A stretch of DNA of 64,000 nt, from positions 71,424,001-71,488,000 of the forward strand of contig OZ024742.1 in assembly GCA_964016885.1 (NCBI GenBank). The letters are read 5' to 3'. Below are positions 23,720-36,207 of this stretch, in pieces. Both the position numbers and the translations under genes were made by a program. Source of the DNA: Eledone cirrhosa. Lineage: Eukaryota. The notes beneath the pieces are model-generated. The model was not told the DNA's origin. It was given only the letters and a program-made list of their open reading frames with translations, and did no database searches. How positions within the stretch are numbered: the first letter of the stretch is position 1; each line of letters begins with the position of its first letter.

Positions 23720-24030
23720 GACCCTTGAATTGTATGCAACCTCTCCAGTGCTGGTGTTATGTAAAGTGCATGCAGTACATACTGTAAAGTAGTTTGTGAT
23801 AAGAAAGGCATCCTGCTGTAGACACCATGCCAAGAAGAGATAAGAGGACTCTTCAATTGTATCAAGGGTACAGCAACATCTCGAGTATTGTTGGTGACAT
23901 GATGAGTGTAAGGTACACTCTGAGTGTAAAGTGGTTGGTGATAGGAAGGGCATCCAGCCATAGAAAATTTGCCAAATGAAGAACTGAGAGGACTCTTCAG
24001 TTGTGCCAAAGACATGGCAACACTTCTAGT
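23720..24030 (+). mobile_element. Tandem degenerate copies of the RTE-3'UTR/SINE segment
   Basis: Repeated TGTAAAGT(A/G)GTT(T/G)GTGATA(A/G)GAA(A/G)GGCATCC motif. Confidence 0.6.
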
Positions 24031-25619
24031 GTTGGTGGCGTAATAAAATGGATCCATCCTAACAGGGAAAATAGACATTAAATCCTCACACACAGTTTCT
24101 TCATAGTTTCTGTTTACCAATTGCACTCACAAATAATTGGCCAACCCAAGTTAAAGTAGAAGACACTTACTCAAGATGCTATGCAGTGGGATTCACTCCC
24201 CCTCTCTCTCCAACTATATTTTAAGTAGTGTTTTGTGAGAGGAATGAGCTGGATGTCAGTGAGTAGATATGAGTTCTGAAATAGAGACAAGGTCACAATT
24301 AAATCATTTATGGCAGAAAGATCATCTTCTTAACTGGAAAAATGAGTTGTATCTGTAATTTAAAGGGCCAATCTTGTTATACACTGACTCTGTATCTGTT
24401 TCATGAACATGCTGTTCTGTTGATTGAACAACTGAAAAATATTCATTTAACCTGATAGAGAGCCATTCCTACCAGACTGAGATGCTCAGCCTTTTGCTCT
24501 CATTAAAACAATAAAACTCTCATTACATCCATGACCATCTCATCTTATTTTTCAGATGTTATTTAATTAGGACTACATTATCCAATGGATCCTTTGAGAT
24601 GATATGGTATGGTGCGAGGGAGATTAGGCTGCTATTTTTAGTAGTTTGAGCAAGCATGTTGGCTCTTCAGGTTTCCCCCTTCAATAATTGATTCTTCTTT
24701 AATATTTTTTTCTCATGGATATAATTTGTGTGATGAGAAATCTTTGTTATTTAATTAAAATAATTAAAGATTAAAGGGAAAAGGAAATAACAAGGACTTA
24801 AGATATAATTTAATTAGTGTTTTATTGAGTAATTTAACATCACAGGGTTTTAAGAAAACATTCACCATAGCTGGAATCAATAGTTCACCAGACTTAAGGA
24901 ATCCACAAGTCTAAGGAACTATCGATTCCAAAGTCAGACACGATCGATACCGATCATACCTTGAGCTGATCAATTGTGAAATACGCATCATATGTGAATA
25001 AACATAAAGATGCTATATTGATACATTGTTCCTACTCATTATTATTTTATATATAAATACATACACATACACACATATATGCACACACACAAATAAAAAG
25101 GTCAGCATGAGGAAGTGATCTGAGATTGTCTAAAACTATCCCACCCATAGCAGCATGGAAAAGTGGACATAAAATTGATGAAACAATGATACAGTTATAC
25201 CTGAATTAACTCTCTAGATACATTACTAAAAATACAGTGCTAAATGAAACAGCACTACACATTACCATTACAATATAGCATAAATAATGATACAAACTTG
25301 ATAGGCTATTTTTAAGTTAAAGAGCACAAATCAAGGGGATAGACATCACAAAAAAAAAAAAAAAAAAAAATTTTAGAAATTCGCTGTCACACTTTACAAG
25401 CACTAATTATTTTAGATAACCTCACACAATGTTATGTCACACATTGTGCCCTTCTGTTATGATTAAAATTAGAAAAGCTAAATTAACTAAGACGTAATGT
25501 TATAATGAAAGTATGAACCAAGTTAAGTTAATCAACTTTAATCATAAGTAGAGTGGCTATTCACCTTTCAGTCAGTTGAAATTCAGTATTTAGATATGGG
25601 CAGCAGAGGTTAAACCTAA

Positions 25620-25960
25620 GAAGAGGGACCAGGGTGCATTTCATGTGTTTTGAAATACATATCTAATGTTATGTGCCTATTCTTTAGTCTTCTCTCACAA
25701 AGGAATTCATGGTAGCAGGATATTATATTTAAACAATTACTATTCTTTGCTTTACTGTTTTTCTCCCAAGTAGGGTAATTCTCAGTAAATGGTCCATAAT
25801 TTCCATCATCTTGCTGATATGAATTTCTGAAGAATTCAATAGTAAGAGTTCTGTTTGGTATCACTGGTTTTTCAGTAGGGTCTTCAGGCCCATTTTGAAT
25901 GTATTACTGAACTAACTCCTACAGCTCTTCAACAGATAAGTTTTTACCACAAGATCTATT
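25620..25960 (-). mobile_element. Tigger/pogo transposase C-terminal relic
   Basis: Translation ..GKNLSVEEL*EL..RTLT..FTENYPTWEKNSKAK..IISCYHEFL..RHITLDMYFK resembles the Tigger C-terminus (ENDPN.ERS.K, SCY.E, QTTLD.FFK); in-frame stops. Confidence 0.6.
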
Positions 25961-26354
25961 AATTCCTCCAAATCATACACATTGACATTTTGCATTCTCT
26001 CTTTATCTCTCTGTAAAGGAACTCTTTAATCTTGTGGACAAGACAACCTTTCTTATCCTGGTGCAACAATAAAATGCATCCAGTACATTCTGTAAAGTGC
26101 TTGGCATTAGAAATGGCATCCAACATGTCATAAAAAAGAATGTACAATTGAGATGTGGCCCCAACCCATCTAGGAGGACAGTAACTCCAAATAAAAACTG
26201 GCTGGGATTGTGACAACCTATCCACACCATATCAGTATGGAAAGGCAGATATAAAGATGATGATGATATATATGGGTGGTGGCATCTGTGTGAGCTCACC
26301 ACATATTCTACAATACTTGCTTGATTTCTTGCGCATGCACGCGTATATATATGA

Positions 26355-26386
<32 letters not shown>

Positions 26387-26457
26387 TCACACACACCACA
26401 TTACATTCTCCATATACATGTACCTCTTAAGCGAATATTGTATATCAACAGTCAGTA

Positions 26458-26519
<62 letters not shown>

Positions 26520-26638
26520 ATGTTTTGAGGAATTTGAGAATGTTTACAAAACCTCTACCTCTCTCTCTGCATATATTTAGTTGAGCAAAAATGAGTTGTC
26601 ACCACTTTTAATGTTTTCAGTTTTATATAAATATATAT

Positions 26639-26681
<43 letters not shown>

Positions 26682-27585
26682 TCTACATATGTGCATGTAT
26701 GTATATAGTTTGTGTGTGTACCATATTCTTCTGTGTATATTGCACTGTTTTTCACCTTTTTCTTGTTTTGGGGGTGGGTGGGAGGTGTACACCATAACTA
26801 AATGCTTATACACCAAAACTAGTCTTTTCCAGACATTTTTCTGGTCAAAAAGGGGTACACATACACGAATGTGTTCAAATCACACTCAAGCACATACACA
26901 CACCCAAGATTGTAGTGGCTAGATTCCAACTCCACAGTAATGGCTCTAATAGAAAATTAAAATTAAGACATGTTCTTTTATTTTGATTCGGAGACGAGAA
27001 AGAATGAATTTCAAATGAATTCCTGAAATGGAGGTGTTAGAAGAGAAAACTAAAATGGTATGAATACAGGATGAGGGGAAGTTGAGAAGGATGCTGAGTT
27101 CTAGGAATTTGTGGCTGAAAGTGGCTTGGTTGGATGTCACTCAATCAATACAAGGCCATTGAAACCTCTAAAGTATAATATATTTATTTTAAAAAGAACA
27201 GGAAACAGACGTAAGTGTATGAGAATGTGTAGGGTGGACAGGGGGATGGGTGGCATTACACAGTTATAGAGGGATAGAGAGAGAGGGAAAGTGAGCTAAG
27301 GCAATTGTTGATTTTAGATTTAAAATGGAGCATAATGAGAGAGGGAGAGAGAGATAGGTAGATAGATTGGGAGAGAGAGAGAGTTAGAAAGGGAGGGGGT
27401 TAGAGATGGTTGAAGAGGGGGGAATATTATGTTGCATTGAGGACAAAACAACAACAATGAAACAAAAAAGCAATTTAAACTATTTGAAAATAGTGGTAGG
27501 ATTAGGAACTAATAGTGGTAGGATTAGGAGGTATAGAAGGGTTAGGACTGTGATGAAATAGTGGTAGGATTAGAGTTTATAGAAG

Positions 27586-27780
27586 CCAGGTCATTCAATA
27601 TTTATTGTCCAGGTCATTAAATATTTATTGTCCAGGTCATTCAATATTTATTGTCCAGGTCATTCAATATTTTGTCCAGGTCATTCAATATTTTATTGAC
27701 CGGGTCATCCAATATCTTTTTGACCGAACCATTCAATATCTTATTGACTAGGTCATTCAATATCTTATTGACCAGAACAT
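27586..27780. repeat. 23/24-bp minisatellite (~8 copies)
   Basis: CCAGGTCATTCAATATTTATTGT units diverging toward the 3' end. Confidence 0.9.
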
Positions 27781-28029
27781 CCATGTGTGTCATTAGCAAC
27801 AAAGGAAACACTTGTCAACTCTTCACTATATATAAAAGAATCAAGGAACCTCTACTTAGTAACTGGACCTGCTAGAAATGGCTTCCAAATAACCCCAAAT
27901 CACATACCACTATCTCAAAGAAGGAAGGACTCATTGGAGAATGTAGACTGGGATATACAAAATGATGGGATAGTCATGCATATCTGGAATATCTTTGAGA
28001 TTATAATCAAAGACATTCCATAATTATGG

Positions 28030-28480
28030 ATCAGAGCTTTGAGGCTCAACAACAACAGTAGTAACACTGATCTACTGAATCAGAGCTTTGAGGCTCAACA
28101 ACAACAGTAGTAACACTGATCTACTGAATCAGAGCTTTGAGGCTCAACAACAACAGTAGTAACACTGATCTACTGAATCAGATCTTTGAGGCTCAACAAC
28201 AACAACACTAATAACACCGATCTACTGAATCAGAGCTTAGCTGAGGATCAATAACAACAGTAACACTGATCTACTGAATCAGAGCTTAGCTGAGGCTCAA
28301 TAACAACAGTAACACTGATCTACTGAATCAGAGCTTAGCTGAGGCTCAATAACAACAATAGTGACACTGATCTACAGAATCATAGCTTAGCTGACGCTCA
28401 ATAACAACAATAGTAATATTGATCTTCTGAATCAACACTTACCTGAGGTTAAACAACAACAGTAGTAACACTGATGTTGT
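28030..28480. repeat. 49-bp minisatellite (~9 copies)
   Basis: TCAGAGCTTTGAGGCTCAACAACAACAGTAGTAACACTGATCTACTGAA at 28031, 28080, 28129 and onward. Confidence 0.95.
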
Positions 28481-28679
28481 TGACAATGAACTGTACCCCC
28501 TTGTGGTACCTGGGGTTAAATAATAGCAGTAATGACACTGATGTGTACACTCTTGTAGTACCTATTTAGAGCTAGATGGACTGGATTAGGGAAAATGAAG
28601 TTTCTTGGTTACATTGTCAACTATGGGTCTCAAATGAAAGAGCACGATCAAGCTTTTACTGCATACACCAATATAATTA

Positions 28680-28800
28680 TAATTGTTTCTACTTTTGGCA
28701 CAAGGCCAGCAATTACCTAGTGCATTACTGGTACTTTATTTTATCGACCCCATAAGGATGAAAGGCAAAGTTAACTTCAGCGGGATTCAAACTCAGAATG
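28680..28800 (-). mobile_element. Family 2 SINE, 5'-truncated
   Basis: Reverse complement of the GAGTTTGAATCCC...GCCTTTCATCC...AGTAGAAACAATT unit. Confidence 0.85.
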
Positions 28801-28882
28801 GCAAGGGCCGTAATTCTATTATAATGGTGATGCATGTTTTTGCATACCAAATGGAACCATCGTTCTCATTATTCCTTTACAT

Positions 28883-29465
28883 CCTTTTACTCTTTTACTG
28901 GTTTCTATCATTAGGCTGTGGCCATGCTGGGGCACCACATTCTTTTACTCTTACTGGCTTCAATCATTAGGCTGTGACACCACATTCTTTTAATATTACT
29001 AGTTTCACTCATTAAGCTGTGGCTATGCTGGGGCCCCACACTCTTTTACTATTTTATTGGTTTCAATGGCCTTGCTGTGGCACCATATTCTTTTACTCTT
29101 ACTGTTTTAGTCATTAGGTTGTAGCCATGCTGGAGACCACACTCTTTTATTATTTTACTGGTTTTAATATCTAGGCACTACCTTCAAGGGAATTAATCAA
29201 TTATATCAACTCCAGTGCTTATATATTTTTCAAGTCTGATATTTATTTTATTGATCTCTTTTAGTAGAAACACAGTTATAGTACATAAACAAACAAACAA
29301 ACAAACACAAACACACATACACACTTTCTTTTTCTCTCTCTACTAAATTTCACTCACAAGGCATTGTTCAACTTGAGGCTTTAGTAGACGATGCTTGCCA
29401 CACAGCGTGAGTGAAGCTGAAACCATGTGGTTGCAAAGTGAACTCCTTAATCATAACCATGCACT
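28883..29465 (-). mobile_element. Family 3 composite SINE with tandemly amplified (~5x, ~60 bp) 3' segment
   Basis: CTTTTACTGGTTTC..CATTAGGCTGTGGCCATGCTGGGGCACCAC repeated 28883-29180, then the SINE body CACTCACAAGGC...AAACCATGTGGTTG. Confidence 0.7.
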
Positions 29466-30382
29466 TTGTATATATAAATAATATATATCAAAACAAAAAG
29501 TTTGTTAATGTCTCTCTATCTTTGCTCAGATTCAAAGTAAATACATAAATAATAATTAAAGTAGCTGAGAAAGGTTGTTTATTAGTTAAGCTATGTTAGC
29601 ATGATATCAACTGATGGCTTGAGCAATGTTTGTTGTTCTAATAAGCCAACTATTCTGTTGATAAGTCTGATATTGAAAACCACTTATCAGAGATATTGGA
29701 TGACTGAAAAGTTAGGAAAGTGTTTTTCACTGACTTTGAAACAATCTTTGAAAAAATAATGTAATGTTAGAACCCCCCCCCCCCCCCCCCCAACTAAAAC
29801 TCTACATTGTTTTTCTTGACATGTAAAAAGCATATTTCAATGACATTTTATATACCCATACTTCCTCTACGTTGGAGTGTAAGAACACACCAAAGAGGCT
29901 ATTCTCCTTCCACATGGCATTTCATATGATAAACAATTAAGCTACATGCCTGACAGTAGACTATAATCTGATATTTGACACAGAGAGAGATATTGTATTT
30001 TAAAAACTGTCACTTCAATTAAGCTAGTATGGTCTGCATTGACACAAATCATTTAACCCTTTCTTTTCTATATTTTTAATACTATGATTTTCAGTTAATT
30101 TAAAAAATCTATACTCTAATCAGAACTATGCTTGTCTGTCCATCCGTCTGTTATATTCTCTATATAGAGAGGGAAATACTTCTCCAACTTCCACTCATTC
30201 CACCTCCACCAGCTAACTAAACTGTAACATTGCAAATAAACAAATTTATGTGTGTTTTCTCTATGCCCTTCAACATATAGACATTGCAACACAAATAAAA
30301 AAAAAAGACTTTCACTATGACAGGTTGTTGCTATTGAGAGGGAAATACAGTGAGAGAGAGAGAACAAGGTTTTTCTTTTGTT

Positions 30383-30422
<40 letters not shown>

Positions 30423-30510
30423 CAGCATAAAGACAACTGCAAGACAGGCTTTAAAAAAAGACTTTTACTATAATGACAACTGGTTGTTGATGTTATTGAG
30501 GGAGAGAGAC

Positions 30511-30833
30511 CATCATCATCATCATCATCATTGTTTAATGCCCATTTTCCATGCTAGCATGGGTTAGACAAGTTGTCCCTCCTTCCATACGCCTCCCACA
30601 CCTTAACACCCCACCCACATCTGATCACACCACCCTTCTCTTATGCCTTTACATATCACCCCAGTCCTCAGTCCACACTATAAAGTGGCCGTGTTGATAC
30701 CACGACAAAAAGCACCCAGCCCACACTGTAAATGTGGTTGGCATTATGAAGGGCATCGACTTGCCTCAAATGGGACAACCTGTCTAACCCATGCTAGCAT
30801 GGAAAATGAGCATTAAACAATGATGATGATGAT
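30511..30833. mobile_element. RTE-3'UTR fragment with inverted RTE tails at both ends
   Basis: Left (CAT)n-TGTTTAATGCCCATTTTCCATGCTAGCATGGGTTAGACAAGTTGTCCC; the right arm is its reverse complement with 2 mismatches. Confidence 0.85.
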
Positions 30834-31391
30834 TGAGCAAATCTAATTGCTTCGTCCTCTCATAGACATTATCCAAACTTGCCAACTTTATTGTATACCT
30901 GCAGGTCAGATACCAAGGTATTCAACACCCTTGACCAGACTTAAAATATGTGCTCCCTTTTCCCTGTCCACCCCTTTCTCCAATATTTTTCTCTGACTTC
31001 TTCCAGGCATCACTATCTTTACACAAGCTGATGAAAAATGCAGTAAAAAAATTATAATTAACAAGAAACTTTTAATTCTATGATTATGCATATCACCAAG
31101 TAAATCTGTCATCTGGCAAAATTTAATGTTTCAGACCATGTGACAGGTCATAATATTAAACTTCACCCTTCTCTCTTCTAGAAATGACCCCCCCATTGGT
31201 ATCTGTATTATTAAATATTTATATTTTTAGTTGGATTAAGAAATTTTGTTTTACTTTTTCATTACCATATTTCTAATGAAAGATACTGTCTATAGTTTTT
31301 GAATAAATTAACTTTCCCATTATTAAACTGATATTTGGAACAAAGTTTTTACATATAATTATGGTGGAAGGCTTTTAGATAAATAGACACT

Positions 31392-31461
<70 letters not shown>

Positions 31462-32389
31462 GAGAGGGAGACTGGCTGCAGCAGCATTAAAACTATGTTT
31501 TCTAGACTGTCATGTGAGTAATGTATAGCTTGTTAATTTAATAATGTTATTGTTTAGTCTTAGATCAACTTTGATTAAGTCTGACTTCCTATCAGTGATG
31601 ATGCAATTTTTTTTTAGATAACCCTTTACAAGAACAAATTGGATAATGTATAAGGCAGTAGATTGTGATTTTATGAAAAAATTGGCTACTGTTTCTTGTA
31701 GGTCAAGCAGAATGAGTAAAGGCTCTTTCTTTGCAGGTTACTCATTGGTGGGTAGCTGCTGAAATAGTTTAGTAATTTGTGTTTTTTACCCAGTTTAGAA
31801 TAGACACATCCTATTCTTGAATGTTGTAAGTGGTGACTAAAACTGGTTAAGAAGGTTATCACAGGAAGGTAAAACATTGTTTCCAAAAGGTATGGATTAG
31901 TGACGAGTATAAGTTTATATCTGCCTTGGCTCCTGCAAGGTTATCCCATGCTTTAGAGGGGAAAATGACCAGAAAACATGTTTTTGATGGTGGTGATGGT
32001 GCTAAATTTAGAGTTGGTAATATCTGTGATGCTGTTAGTATTAAATTAAAGCTGCTAATATCAGTGATGTCATTACTGTGTTATAAAACTATTAAATAAA
32101 TGTTACGCTTCCTCAGGTCAATGTTCTCTGTAACTAAAATCAATGTTTTCTATAGCTTTGATTGAAAAAAGAGGATAGGTCTTCTTGTACATGGCTTGCT
32201 GTGTGATCCAGTTCATTGACTCATAATTTCATTCTTCCAAAATTTGCCATTTAGCTAGCTTCACCTAATGTTGGTGTACTGCCACCACTTTTGATGTTGA
32301 ATCTTCCAGTTGTCTGAACAAAGGAACAACCTGTTTGTGAAATTGAGATGCAATTGGCTGAGCATTCCACAGATATCTTCTTTCCTCAC

Positions 32390-32793
32390 TTATTCCTGGG
32401 AGTGTTGTGGGGGCAGAGTTCTCAAACATTCCTTCTGGTGGGTCATGTCTGAAGCAACTGTTTCCAACTGGATCCCCAAGCAAGACTGGCTGAGCTCATG
32501 GATGTCATCCAACCAACTTTGCATGGGGTCTACCCCTGGGTCTCCTGCCAGTTGGTTTTGCCTATAAAATCTGTCCAGTGCTTTTTTCCTGAGACATTTT
32601 GATCACATATCTGTAAAATCAGAGAAGTGATCTCTCAATTCAGAGAAGTAGTAGCTCTACCTGGAGTGACTCTCTTATCTCTGAGCTACACACTCTATCG
32701 AGTAACATTACTCCAAAGACCCCCCCAGAGGAACCACATTTCAACTGCTTGTATTCGTGATCATATTCTTTTGGTCATTACCCAAGATTCATG
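32390..32793 (-). mobile_element. Old RTE-clade (Expander/Rex3-like) C-terminal fragment
   Basis: HESWVMT..RIQAVEMWFL..LLDRV.SSEIRESLQVE.LLL.IERS...PTGRRPRGRP with stops. Confidence 0.75.
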
Positions 32794-32799
32794 TCTACC

Positions 32800-33002
32800 C
32801 GTAATGTAGTTCTCAGGAAGATTCAGCGGAATACAGTGTGAAAAGGCCGGCCCTTTGAATTACAGTCACAATCAATTTTTGTAAACTGAGTAGATTGGAG
32901 CAACATAAAATAAAGTGTCATGCTGAAGGACACAACACATTGCTGGGAATTGAATTCACGACCATATGATTGTGAGCAGAACACCTTAACCACTAAGCCA
33001 TA
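32800..33002 (-). mobile_element. Family 1 SINE
   Basis: Reverse-complement A box (CCACTAAGCCA), B box (GAATTGAATTC) and CORE-like body. Confidence 0.8.
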
Positions 33003-33009
33003 CATCATC

Positions 33010-33375
33010 TTGGTGTAGTATTGTGTGGTGATGTCTCCTATCATATTGGATATGGTGGTGTGGTGTGGTGTTGTATGATGTGATGTGATGTGGTGTGGTA
33101 TAGGGTGGTGTAAAGTAGTGTGGTGTGATGTTTGGTTTATTGTGGTGTGATGTGGTGTAATGTAGCATGGTGTAGTGTGTTGTGGTGTAATATGGTGTGG
33201 AGTTGTGTGTTGTGTAATGTGGAGTGGAGTGCATATGTGTGGTGTGGTGATGTAATGGAGTATGATGCAATGTAGTGTGGTGTAGTGTAATGTGGTGTAA
33301 GGTTGTATTGAGTGGTGTAATGTGGTATAGGGTGGTGTTGTATGGTATGGTATGGTGTGGTGTACTATGGTGTAC
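33010..33375. repeat. Degenerate (TGTGG)n-like pentamer low-complexity tract
   Basis: Runs of TGTGG/TGTAG/TATGG. Confidence 0.85.
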
Positions 33376-35167
33376 ACACCTAAAAAATAATTGAACTGAT
33401 TGGAAAAAAAAAAGTCACTATAATTCCTGGCTCAAATAGATACCAATTGCTTTCTTTGCCAGATCAAATTCCAATAAAGTCAGTTAATATTATATCAGAG
33501 AAGACCATTGGCTTCATATTCTCCTATTTGATCAATGATCAGTGAGGTGAGTGCAGTATTTTTCCCTGTCATTTACAGTTGACAATCAACAATAAATGAC
33601 ACAGATCCTCACCTTGTACAGCCTACAAAATTATCTCTCACAATCTCTTACACTATCTCTCACAATCTCTTACACTATCTCTATATTGGTTCACAGCATA
33701 TATTTGTTGTGAATTATTACTTTAACCTTCTTACCATATTTCTAATGAAAAACGCTGCCTATTGTTTTCAAGCTAATTTTGAAAATAATCAAGAATTAGG
33801 AATGATTTAGTAATATAATGAACTTACTCATTATTAAGCTGGTGTTTGAAACTCAACAAAGGTTCTTACATAAAATTGTTGGAAGGTTTTTAGATAATAT
33901 AAACAAATAGTTTTGTATTGTAGAACCTGGGGTGTCTTCAAGGATTAATAAAAACACAAGCAAATTTGTTTGAGTAGTGGAGAGGAATAGCTTCCACGAA
34001 AAGTCACGTTAATATTTCTAATCTGCTGGAGCTAGATATATTGGATTAGACACAGGAATGGCTGGCCAGTAGAAAAGTTCACTTTGCAGTCATATGATCC
34101 TGGTTTCAATCCCGCTGGTTATCTTGGGCAATTATCTCAGGTCAACCCAAGCCTTGTGAGTGAAACTGAGTAGCTGAAATGTGTAGAAATCTGTCAGATG
34201 GATTGTACCTGTAATTCAAATTGTTTCTGAGGATACATGTATCTATGGAATACTCAGCCACTTAAACCCTAATTCAATTTTATATAAGATTCAAATTTAT
34301 TTTTTGTTAAATAGTAGGGATTCTATCAAGTGTATATGATATAGGCAAAATTAGTAAAAAAAATAAAATAATCGTTACTATGAAACAAACAAATAAATTT
34401 GAGTTTTTAGGGGACCACTAACGATGTAATAAAATGGTTTAATAAATTAGGAGATAAAAATCAAATTAGATTTATACAGTTGGACATAGATAGCTACTAT
34501 TCTTCTATCTCCCATAATTCCCTAAATAGGCCTTTAATTATGGCAAAATGTAAAAGCGATCTAACTAGAACTGAAATCAGCATCATTGTAGCCACAAGAA
34601 AAACAATAATTGAATTTGATGGCAAACTCTGGACCAGGAAAATTGACCCTGATTGATATCACAATGGGGTCAAGTGATTCTGTCCAAGTCACAGACTTAG
34701 TTGGGCTTTTCTTATTAAACAACCTACATAAGTCCTTCCCATTCTTAAATGGTGGTTTGTATCATGATGATGCTCTTTTCACAATTAACTGCAATAATAG
34801 TAACCTTGAAAGAATGAAAAAACATTTACATAATTTTTTTTAAATAATGGCTTAAGCATTATGATAGATATAAATAATAAAGTAGTTAACTTCTTAAATA
34901 TTACTTTTGAACTAAATACTGGACTTCATAAACCTGGTGAACAGCTTTTCTATATAAATAACCTCTCAAACTGCCCTAAATCAATACTTAAGTCCTAGTA
35001 AAAATGTATCTAATAGAATTCTAGACTGTTCTCTAATAGAGTCATAGTCAACCAAAATGCACAATATTACAATGAGGCATTAACTAAGTCAGGTTATAAT
35101 GAGGAAATCCAATACAACATAGAAATGGAAGAATGAAAGGTGTAACACAGCATAAACTTCTCCCTTA

Positions 35168-35473
35168 TCTATCTATATAATACTAAAGGTCTGTGGTTGG
35201 TTGCCTGCTTGCTTGTCTGTAATGTAATATAGCCAAAAGGGTGCATAATGGGAGAATACTTTGAAAGGAGTTGCGCCTGAAATGGGAATACAAATGGAAT
35301 AAAACAAGTTTCACGTAAATCGGAGGATGGGTTCCCGAGATATGAGGTTTTTCTGGATACCTTCATAAACAAAGAGGAAGAGATAGTGATTGTGAGAGAG
35401 TAGATTGAAAGAGAGGCATAGAGAGAGGGAGAGGAGATAGAGAAGGAGAATGGAAGAGAGCTGGCGGTCTTGT

Positions 35474-35506
<33 letters not shown>

Positions 35507-35695
35507 GTGTGTGTGTATATAGATCACAGACACCCACATATATATATATACGTATATATACGAGCAGGACAACAAATCTTGCCTCAAGTGGGAAAACTCC
35601 CGTCCAAACCCATGCAAGCGTGGAAGATGGACGTTAAACGATGATGATGATGATGATGATGATGATATATATATATGTATACACACACACATTTA

Positions 35696-35745
<50 letters not shown>

Positions 35746-35900
35746 TTACACACATATGTATATATATGGGCCTTCCAGTTTCATTTCACATTATATACAT
35801 GTCTTTGTTTATTTTAATTATTTAAAAATTATTTTTAAGTGAACATGATTTAAAAAATATTTTGAAGTGAACGTGACCTAACGGGTCACAGGTGGTCTAG
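35168..35900 (+). mobile_element. Non-autonomous Helitron (second family), with a nested RTE tail at ~35561-35667
   Basis: A|TC 5' start; 3' hairpin GTGACC-TAACG-GGTCAC followed by AGGTGGT-CTAG|T. Confidence 0.75.
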
Positions 35901-36207
35901 TATTCTACTAAAACTCTGTGATTGGTTGCTGGCTTGCTTGCTTGTCTGTAATGTAATACAGCCAAAAGGGTGCATAATGGGAAAATATTTTGAAAGGAAG
36001 TTGACCCTGAAATGGGAATAGAAATGGAATAAAACAAGTTTCGCGTAAATTGAAACACGGGTTCCCGAGAAATGGGGTTTTCTGGGTACCTTCATAAACA
36101 GAGAGAGAGAAAGATAGAGAGAAAGAGATAGTGGTTGTGAGACAGTATATTGAAAGAGGGAGAGGAGAATGGAAGAGAGAGAGAGAGAGCTGGTTGTGTT
36201 GTTGTTT
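35901..36207 (+). mobile_element. Second, 3'-truncated copy of the same Helitron directly after the CTAG
   Basis: GCTTGCTTGTCTGTAATGTAAT..AGCCAAAAGGGTGCATAATGGG..GGTTCCCGAGA repeated from 35190-35470. Confidence 0.75.

Noticed and set aside
25616-25864. Host gene exon (82-aa ORF)
   Set aside because: The upstream frame has stops and the peptide resembles a Tigger transposase C-terminus
32823-33377. His/Thr-rich ORFs
   Set aside because: Low-complexity pentamer tract running into a SINE
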